A stretch of 34,854 bases of DNA, taken from positions 1-34,854 of the forward strand of contig CAVBNJ010000001.1 in the NCBI GenBank assembly GCA_963596755.1, written 5' to 3'. The stretch comes from a bacterium. GTDB taxonomy: Bacteria > Bacillota > Clostridia > Lachnospirales > Lachnospiraceae. The first letter of the stretch is position 1; every line of letters begins with the position of its first letter. Made by a program: the position numbers and the translations under genes. Positions 28,517-34,854 of the stretch are shown here, one piece after another. A model generated the notes under the pieces. That model saw only the letters and a list, made by a program, of their open reading frames with translations, made no database searches and was not told the origin of the DNA.

Positions 28517-29104
28517 ATGACAAAAAGAATTATTACAATCAGCAGAGAATTTGGAAGCGGCGGTCGTTTTATTGGTGAAAAAGTGGCAAAGAAACTTGGG
28601 ATTGCTTACTACGACAAAAATATCATCAGTGAGATTGCAGAAAAATCCGGCTTATCACCAGAATATATTCAGGAAAGAGCAGAGCTGTCTCCGAAAAAGG
28701 GTCTGTTTGCTTATGCATTTGCCGGCCGTGACAGTATGGGAAAATCTGTGGAGGATCTTGTATACGAAGCGCAGAGAAACGTTATTCTGGAACTGGCAGA
28801 GAAAGAACCGTGTGTGATTGTCGGACGAAATGCAGATTTTATTCTGCAGGACCGGGATGATGTGCTGAATGTTTTTATTCACGGTAATCTGGCGGAAAAA
28901 ACGAAGAGAATCTGCCAGCTGTACAAAGTCAGTGAACAGGAAGCAGCTCAAATGATGATAGATATTGATAAAAGACGTATGACGAATTATAACTTTTATA
29001 CGGAACAGAAATGGGGGAAAGCGAGCAATTATACGCTGTGCCTGAACAGTTCACAGCTTGGATATGAAAGATGTGAGAGCATTATCATAGAGTGCATGAA
29101 ATAA
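28517..29104 (+). CDS. Cytidylate kinase-like family protein
   Basis: ITISREFGSGG, CVIVGRNADFIL, Y.LCLNSS.LG. Confidence 0.88.
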   Translation: MTKRIITISREFGSGGRFIGEKVAKKLGIAYYDKNIISEIAEKSGLSPEYIQERAELSPKKGLFAYAFAGRDSMGKSVEDLVYEAQRNVILELAEKEPCVIVGRNADFILQDRDDVLNVFIHGNLAEKTKRICQLYKVSEQEAAQMMIDIDKRRMTNYNFYTEQKWGKASNYTLCLNSSQLGYERCESIIIECMK

Positions 29105-29112
29105 AAAAACAC

Positions 29113-29224
29113 TTACATTTTTGAAAAAAATCAAGTATAATAAATAGCATAAAACCAAGTATAATTTACATGAAAAGCAGGGATTCTTTCATTCAAATTT
29201 ACTGAGTGAAGGATCCCTGTTTTT
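29113..29224 (+). promoter_or_regulatory. Promoter plus leader terminator upstream of the 79-aa gene
   Basis: TTACAT-17-TATAAT; CAGGGATTC...GGATCCCTG plus T-run ending about 45 nt before the ATG. Confidence 0.55.
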
Positions 29225-29266
29225 GTCTGTGTAATGTATCTGTAAAATGAAAGAGAGGTAGCTATC

Positions 29267-29506
29267 ATGAAAAGAATCAAAGCAGCTTGTATCACTCAGA
29301 CATTGTGTTTTTCCAACCGCGACGGAGAAACGACAGAGTATGCAAAAAAGACGATTGTACAGGAATGTGAGAGATATAAGGAGCAGCTGCAGAAGAGCGG
29401 GGCAAAGTACAGAATCTTATCAGAAAAAACAAATGAGGATGGTTCTATTATCATTGAAATCAAGAAACAGTATAATTCATCTCCAGTAGGTGAATATTTA
29501 AATTAG
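29267..29506 (+). CDS. Hypothetical 79-aa protein
   Basis: GAGAGGT RBS, own leader and downstream terminator. Confidence 0.8.
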   Translation: MKRIKAACITQTLCFSNRDGETTEYAKKTIVQECERYKEQLQKSGAKYRILSEKTNEDGSIIIEIKKQYNSSPVGEYLN

Positions 29507-29519
29507 AGCGTGTCAGGAG

Positions 29520-29555
29520 GAAGGGCGTGAATCTTTTTGTGGATTCACGTCCTTC
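29520..29555. terminator. Hairpin between convergent genes
   Basis: GAAGGGCGTGAATC...GATTCACGTCCTTC. Confidence 0.7.
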
Positions 29556-29572
29556 TGAATTTCCAGTTTGGT

Positions 29573-30907
29573 TTAAAGGGTTCTGAGCAATTTATGGGAA
29601 CTGCAGTAACTGTAAAGGCAGGCAATACTTTCTGCAATCCAGAACGCAAACCATCCGCGTGAAATTCCAAAGATTTTGATAAAAATCCACAGGCATGGCA
29701 CGAGAATCACGAGCTGGCGGATGGCGGCGCTGATCATGTTGATGACACCGTTGCCAAGTCCGGAAGCAAAGTATCCGCAAAGAATGGTAATGGCGGCGAG
29801 AACAAAGGTGACGGAAATGATGCGGAGGGCAGGAACACCGAGGGCGAGCATTTCCGGGCTTGCGGAAAAAAGGGACAGAAGCTGTTTCGGGAAAATCCAG
29901 AACAGAACGGTTCCTGCAAGGGCGATGGCGATTCCGGTCGGGAGCAGAACGTGCCATGTCTGACGGACGCGCTGCATTTTCTTACTGCCGTAATTATAAC
30001 CGACAATCGGAATCGCCGCTTGGCCAAGGCCATTGATCGGCATCATCAGGAAATTCTGCAGTTTATAGTAAATGCCGAAAAAGGCGACAGCCGTTGCAGA
30101 GACATCCAGAAGGATCGTGTTGACGGCAAAGGTCATAACACTTCCGATCGCCTGCATTATAATAGTAGGAAGCCCAACGCGGTAGATGTCGAGGACATCC
30201 TGCCAGCAGAAACGGTAATGCTGGAAGCGTACATGAATGACAGGATTGCGGAAGCGGTTGAACAAAAGTGCTGCGACGGCTCCCGCCATCTGACCGATGA
30301 CAGTTGCGATTGCCGCGCCCCGGATTCCCATGGCAGGACAGCCGAGCAGACCGAAAATCATAATCGGATCCAGAATAATGTTCAGAATGGCGCCGATAAT
30401 CAGCGAAATCATCGACAGAACGGTATCGCCGACCGCCTGTAAAAGCCGCTGGCCGTACGTCTGCAGAAAGATTCCCCAGCAGTAAACAAGGTTGATGGAA
30501 AGATACTGCTGACAGAGTTCCTGCAGTTCGGGATCGGCGGTCATGCCGCGGGCAATCGTGTCGGAAAGAAAAATGCCGACGAGGGAAAATAAAAGCGAGG
30601 TAAGCAGCATAAGAATCAGTCCGGTTGTGGCGGCACGGCATGCTTCATCCGCTTTCTGCGCTCCGATTTTCCGGGAGAGGAGCGCGTTCAGTCCAACTGC
30701 CGTTCCGACGCCGACGGCAATCATAAGAAACTGCACTGAGTAGACCAGCGATGCGGCCGTCAGGGCAGATTCCGACAGTCTGGCGACAAAAATACTGTCA
30801 ACAATATTGTAGAGAGACTGCACAAGCAGCGACAGCATCAGCGGGACTGCCATCGTGTACAGCAGGGGGCGGATCGGCATTTCCGCCAGTTTGTTTTTCG
30901 GGTTCAT
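29573..30907 (-). CDS. MATE family efflux transporter
   Basis: QSLYNIVDS, NIILDP, GAAIATVIGQ, GYNYGS; AAGGAGG RBS before ATG 30907. Confidence 0.93.
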   Translation of the reverse strand: MNPKNKLAEMPIRPLLYTMAVPLMLSLLVQSLYNIVDSIFVARLSESALTAASLVYSVQFLMIAVGVGTAVGLNALLSRKIGAQKADEACRAATTGLILMLLTSLLFSLVGIFLSDTIARGMTADPELQELCQQYLSINLVYCWGIFLQTYGQRLLQAVGDTVLSMISLIIGAILNIILDPIMIFGLLGCPAMGIRGAAIATVIGQMAGAVAALLFNRFRNPVIHVRFQHYRFCWQDVLDIYRVGLPTIIMQAIGSVMTFAVNTILLDVSATAVAFFGIYYKLQNFLMMPINGLGQAAIPIVGYNYGSKKMQRVRQTWHVLLPTGIAIALAGTVLFWIFPKQLLSLFSASPEMLALGVPALRIISVTFVLAAITILCGYFASGLGNGVINMISAAIRQLVILVPCLWIFIKIFGISRGWFAFWIAESIACLYSYCSSHKLLRTL

Positions 30908-30931
30908 AAATCCTCCTTCTTGCGGCAATGC

Positions 30932-31069
30932 AAAAAAAATAAGCGTGAAATCTGCGAGGATCAGCAAATCCTCAGGATTTCACGCTTTTCGTTTATTTAC
31001 AAAGCCGGCTTTTATCAATCATTCTATTTTAGCAGGTCTATTATAAGCGAAAGAAAGAGGAAAAAGCAA
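30932..31069 (-). promoter_or_regulatory. Promoter and leader terminator (candidate attenuator) of the MATE gene
   Basis: TTGCTT-18-TATAAT; AAGCGTGAAATC...GATTTCACGCTT hairpin followed by T8, upstream of the RBS. Confidence 0.65.
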
Positions 31070-31173
31070 GAAATTTTTTACGAGATTTGACATCCAATAC
31101 GCAAGGTGCTAGGATCGTGGTTAGAAATGACTAATTTCGAATTGTGAAAGATACAGACGAGGAGGATTGATCC

Positions 31174-31968
31174 GTGAAAGTATATGAATTTGGCGACAGC
31201 AGTAAGCCTGGAATCCTGCTGCTTCCGGGGACGTGCTGTTACTGGAAGACAAATTTTGGGCATGTGATCGAGGGGCTGAAAGAGCATTTTTATGTGATGA
31301 TTGTAAGTTACAGCGGTTTTGACGAGACGGAACACACTACGTTTGTCTCCGAGCTGGATGAGACGGCGAAAATTGAAGCTTATGTTCAGAAAAAATGGAA
31401 AGGAAAGGTGTTTGCCGCCTACGGCTGTTCTCTCGGCGGATCGGTGGTGTCGCTGCTGGTCGGCAGAAAGAAGATCCATATCGACCATGCGATCATCGGC
31501 TCGAGTGATATGGATCAGGCACCGAAGTGGCTGGCGAAGGTGGAGACAGCGATCATGATGCCGCTGTTCTATCCGCTGCTGACAGGAAAAAAGAATTCGC
31601 TGATGCGGAAGATGATGGATAAAAAAATCAGCAAGGGCGGCGAAGAGGCGGAGCAGATTCAGAAATTCATGAACATGATGGGAATCGGCAGCGGCATTGA
31701 TTTTTCGTTTATCTCGAAAGAATCCGCGAAAAATCAGTTCTGCACAGATCTTTACACAAAAGTCGGCGAGCACATCCAGGCGCCGGGGACGACGATTCAT
31801 GTTTTTTATGCCAGAAAAATGGGTGAAAAATACCGGGACCGCTATCTGAAATATTTCGCGGAGCCGGACATCCGCGAGTTTGACCTTGGACACGAGCAGC
31901 TTTTGCTGGACGCAGAGCGATGGACAAAAGAGGTCTGCCGGGTGTGCGGGATTGCAGGGGAGATATAA
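31174..31968 (+). CDS. Alpha/beta hydrolase
   Basis: ILLLPG, GCSLGG nucleophile elbow, C-terminal GHE. Confidence 0.88.
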   Translation: MKVYEFGDSSKPGILLLPGTCCYWKTNFGHVIEGLKEHFYVMIVSYSGFDETEHTTFVSELDETAKIEAYVQKKWKGKVFAAYGCSLGGSVVSLLVGRKKIHIDHAIIGSSDMDQAPKWLAKVETAIMMPLFYPLLTGKKNSLMRKMMDKKISKGGEEAEQIQKFMNMMGIGSGIDFSFISKESAKNQFCTDLYTKVGEHIQAPGTTIHVFYARKMGEKYRDRYLKYFAEPDIREFDLGHEQLLLDAERWTKEVCRVCGIAGEI

Positions 31969-32071
31969 GAAACCGAAAATAAGAGCGTTTCTTCATTGAC
32001 GTTGGATTTGCCGGCGGGTTATAATAAAGTTAAATCTATGTTAAAAATAACAAATATTGGAGTAAAAAGCC

Positions 32072-33970
32072 ATGCCGGACGATAAAACAAAAAGAACCCC
32101 CGTGTATTACAGCAAGTTCAACAACGCCATGCTGATTGTTCTGCTTTCTATCTTATTTGTGTCTGCGTATACGTTTGTATTGCAGAAAATAACAAATGAG
32201 ACAACGCTGAGCAATACGAATGAAGAAAACAGCAGGCGGACAGACGCCATGTATGAGGGGGTACAGGAATTTCTTACGAGAGAAGATTTCTCGGAAATCA
32301 ATGATACGTCCGACATGGATTCGGAATTGTATATTACGCTGCAGCGGCATTTAAATGAAATCCGAAGAATGAATTCCACCCGGTATTTCTATACGGCGAA
32401 AAGGAATGCGGAAGGAAAACTCATTTATCTTGTGGATGGACTGGACTATGGATCGGATGATTTTGCATATCCGGGAACGTATATCGAGGATGAGATGATC
32501 CCATACATTGAGCAGGCGTTATCCGGGGAAGCGGTATACTCGCAGAAGATTGTGGATACGACGTGGGGCCATATTTTTACGGCATGCTATCCGATCCGGG
32601 ATACGGACAGCGGGGAAATTATCGGGGCTTTGTGCATCGAGATGGATGTGGAGTCTACGTATGCATTTATCGAAAAGTGCAACCACAAAGCCATGCTGGC
32701 TGCTGCTTCCGGCTCTGTTGTGGTGATTCTGATTCTGGCGTGCGCCTGCATCTATATGCAGAGTGAGCACAAAAAGAGAGAACAGAGAGCGAAATCCCTG
32801 GAGGATATGGCAAGAGCCGCGCTGGCTGCAGACCGGGCGAAGTCGACGTTTCTTTTCAATATGTCGCACGATATCCGGACTCCGATGAATGCCATTATGG
32901 GCTATATCAATCTTGCGCGGAAGCATCTGGACGACAAGGAAAAATTAGTCGACTATATGAATAAGATTGATAACTGCAGTACGAGCCTGCTGTCTCTTTT
33001 AAATAATGTCCTGGATCTGGCACGGATTGAGAGCGATGAAATTGTGCTGGAGGAGAGCCCGCTCGACATCGGAGCAGCGTTCCGGGAATGCGCGGAGATG
33101 TTTGAAAATGAGGCAGAGAAAAACCAACAGAATCTGACGGTCTCCTGCAGCTTATCCAATCCCAATGTCTATCTGGACAAAACCCATTTTTCCGAAATTC
33201 TGATGAACCTGCTCAGCAACGCGCTGAAATATACAGGGGAGGGCGGAACGATACAGTGTGAGATCCACGAAGAACCTTCGGAACAGAAAGACGGACAGAC
33301 CCGCATCGTTTTTTCGGTATCCGATAACGGCATCGGCATGTCAAAGGAGTATCAGTCCAGAATCTTCGACGCATTCTCCAGAGAGCGGAATACAACAGAA
33401 GGCGGCGTAGAGGGCTCCGGCATCGGTATGGCGATTGTCAAAAAACTGGTGGATTCCATGAACGGAACGATTGCGGTGGACAGTGAAATCGGAAAGGGAA
33501 GCACGTTTACCGTATCCATTCCATGCCGTCTCGTCCAGGAGACACAGGCCGTCCACAGCACGGAGGATAAGAAAAAAGACAAATCCGTTCTGAAAGGAAA
33601 ACGAATCCTCCTCGCAGAAGACAATGATCTGAATGCGGAAATTGCAATGACCCTGCTGGAAGAAGAGGGAATGCTGGTCGACCGTGCCGTCGACGGTGTA
33701 CAGTGCTTCGAGAAAATCGAAAAATGCCCGGCCGGTTATTATGCCCTGATCCTGATGGACATCCAGATGCCGAAACTGGACGGCTATCTCGCTACATCCA
33801 AAATCCGCAAACTGCAGGACAAAGAAAAAGCCAACCTCCCCATCATCGCCATGACAGCCAACGCTTTCTCCGAGGACAAGGCCAAAGCAATCAGCGTCGG
33901 CATGAACGACCATGTGGCGAAGCCGATTGATATGGATGTTCTGATTGAGACGATATTGAAATACATTTGA
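32072..33970 (+). CDS. Hybrid sensor histidine kinase with C-terminal receiver domain
   Basis: Two TM helices around an extracytoplasmic sensor; SHDIRTPMN, NALKYT, DNGIG, GSGIG; LAEDN, MDIQMP, KP. Confidence 0.95.
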   Translation: MPDDKTKRTPVYYSKFNNAMLIVLLSILFVSAYTFVLQKITNETTLSNTNEENSRRTDAMYEGVQEFLTREDFSEINDTSDMDSELYITLQRHLNEIRRMNSTRYFYTAKRNAEGKLIYLVDGLDYGSDDFAYPGTYIEDEMIPYIEQALSGEAVYSQKIVDTTWGHIFTACYPIRDTDSGEIIGALCIEMDVESTYAFIEKCNHKAMLAAASGSVVVILILACACIYMQSEHKKREQRAKSLEDMARAALAADRAKSTFLFNMSHDIRTPMNAIMGYINLARKHLDDKEKLVDYMNKIDNCSTSLLSLLNNVLDLARIESDEIVLEESPLDIGAAFRECAEMFENEAEKNQQNLTVSCSLSNPNVYLDKTHFSEILMNLLSNALKYTGEGGTIQCEIHEEPSEQKDGQTRIVFSVSDNGIGMSKEYQSRIFDAFSRERNTTEGGVEGSGIGMAIVKKLVDSMNGTIAVDSEIGKGSTFTVSIPCRLVQETQAVHSTEDKKKDKSVLKGKRILLAEDNDLNAEIAMTLLEEEGMLVDRAVDGVQCFEKIEKCPAGYYALILMDIQMPKLDGYLATSKIRKLQDKEKANLPIIAMTANAFSEDKAKAISVGMNDHVAKPIDMDVLIETILKYI

Positions 33971-33981
33971 AAACCGCTCAT

Positions 33982-34023
33982 AAAATCCGTCTCCGGAAAT
34001 GTGATTCCGGGGGCGGATTTTTT
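33982..34023 (+). terminator. Intrinsic terminator
   Basis: AAAATCCGTCTCCGG...CCGGGGGCGGATTTTTT. Confidence 0.8.
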
Positions 34024-34079
34024 AATTAGCCCATTTGGAAAGAGTTTTAGTCCGAAAAGAAGGAAAGCCGCGCGGGGTA

Positions 34080-34146
34080 TTGCTTTTTGGAACAGCAGAG
34101 TATATGATACAGACATAAACATTAAACGAATAGTTAATTGTTTAAT
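34080..34146 (+). promoter_or_regulatory. Promoter with a candidate metal-responsive repressor site
   Basis: TTGCTT-17-TATGAT; ATTAAAC...GTTTAAT inverted repeat at 34121-34146. Confidence 0.55.
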
Positions 34147-34179
34147 AAAAACCAATCGAAGAAAAAGGAGATCTTTACA

Positions 34180-34398
34180 ATGAAAAAAACTTACAAAATC
34201 GAAGTAGACTGTGCAAACTGTGCGAACCTGATGGAGGATGCGGCAAAGAAAACTGCTGGTGTTGCAGATGCAACCGTAAACTTTATGACGCAGAAAATGA
34301 TCGTAGAGTTCGAAGACGGACAGGATGCAAAGAGCGTGATGAAAGATGTTGTAAAAGCCTGCAAAAAGGTAGAGCCGGACTGCGAGATCGAGCTTTAA
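34180..34398 (+). CDS. Heavy-metal-associated (HMA) domain protein
   Basis: VDCANCA motif, 72 aa, AAGGAG RBS. Confidence 0.9.
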   Translation: MKKTYKIEVDCANCANLMEDAAKKTAGVADATVNFMTQKMIVEFEDGQDAKSVMKDVVKACKKVEPDCEIEL

Positions 34399-34484
34399 GA
34401 AAACGAAGATAAACGCCTCTTTTTCAATGAGGCGTTTATCTAAACAGAACAATTAAACAAACATTTAATTGAGAGGGTGTCGTT

Positions 34485-34854
34485 ATGAATAAAAAACAGA
34501 AAAAGATGCTGACACGTATCGTGATTACAGCAGCAATGTTGATTGCATTGCATTTCATCCCGCTGATCGGAATTCCGCAGCTTGCCTGTTATCTTGTGGC
34601 GTACGGTGTGATCGGTTATGATATTTTGAAAAAAGCCGTGAAGGGAATTTTAAACGGTCAGGTATTTGACGAAAACTTCCTGATGGCGGTCGCTACGGTC
34701 GGTGCGTTTGCGCTGGCAATTTATGAAAAAAGCGGCGATTACAATGAAGCAATCGCAGTTATGCTTTTTTATCAGATCGGTGAGCTGTTCCAGAGCTACG
34801 CAGTAGGAAAGAGCAGAAGAAACATCAGCGCGCTGATGGATATCCGGCCGGACT
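34485..34854 (+). CDS. Heavy-metal translocating P-type ATPase (CadA/ZntA type), 3'-truncated by the window edge
   Basis: Manual translation MNKKQKKMLTRI...VFDENFLMAVATVGAF...EAIAVMLFYQIGELFQSYAVGKSRRNISALMDIRPD. Confidence 0.9.
   Translation, partial: MNKKQKKMLTRIVITAAMLIALHFIPLIGIPQLACYLVAYGVIGYDILKKAVKGILNGQVFDENFLMAVATVGAFALAIYEKSGDYNEAIAVMLFYQIGELFQSYAVGKSRRNISALMDIRPD

Noticed and set aside
22770..34023. Similar terminator stems (22770 vs 33982; also 2364 vs 10865) as a REP-like family
   Set aside because: Similarity is short and limited to generic stem ends, and only pairs are present

Overview
Chromosomal segment from a low-to-moderate GC anaerobic Firmicute; gene content suggests Lachnospiraceae (inference). 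Left end: a LacI regulator (frameshifted at a G9 run), a carbohydrate ABC importer and a GH42 beta-galactosidase. The rest is a patchwork of redox, detoxification and efflux genes: a metal-ligand-less Fe-ADH homologue, an Rpn-family nuclease with a candidate nested antitoxin, a fluoride-riboswitch-controlled cation/proton antiporter, a Fur/PerR-rubrerythrin operon, three MATE pumps, an orphan HipB-like gene, an HD-GYP protein, a hybrid kinase and the start of a heavy-metal ATPase operon. The centrepiece is an ACGX-repeat RiPP operon (precursor, radical SAM/SPASM maturase, nitroreductase, flavin reductase) divergent from an HxlR-type regulator with an N-terminal Cys. Its promoter/operator array recurs, with 22 identical bp and the same spacing to the -10, in front of a MATE exporter 8 kb away, suggesting one regulon. 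Three adjacent units (MATE, small protein, MATE) carry leader terminators that I cannot assign to a known riboswitch. No rRNA, tRNA, CRISPR array or intact transposon was seen. All family calls come from motif recognition, not database searches.
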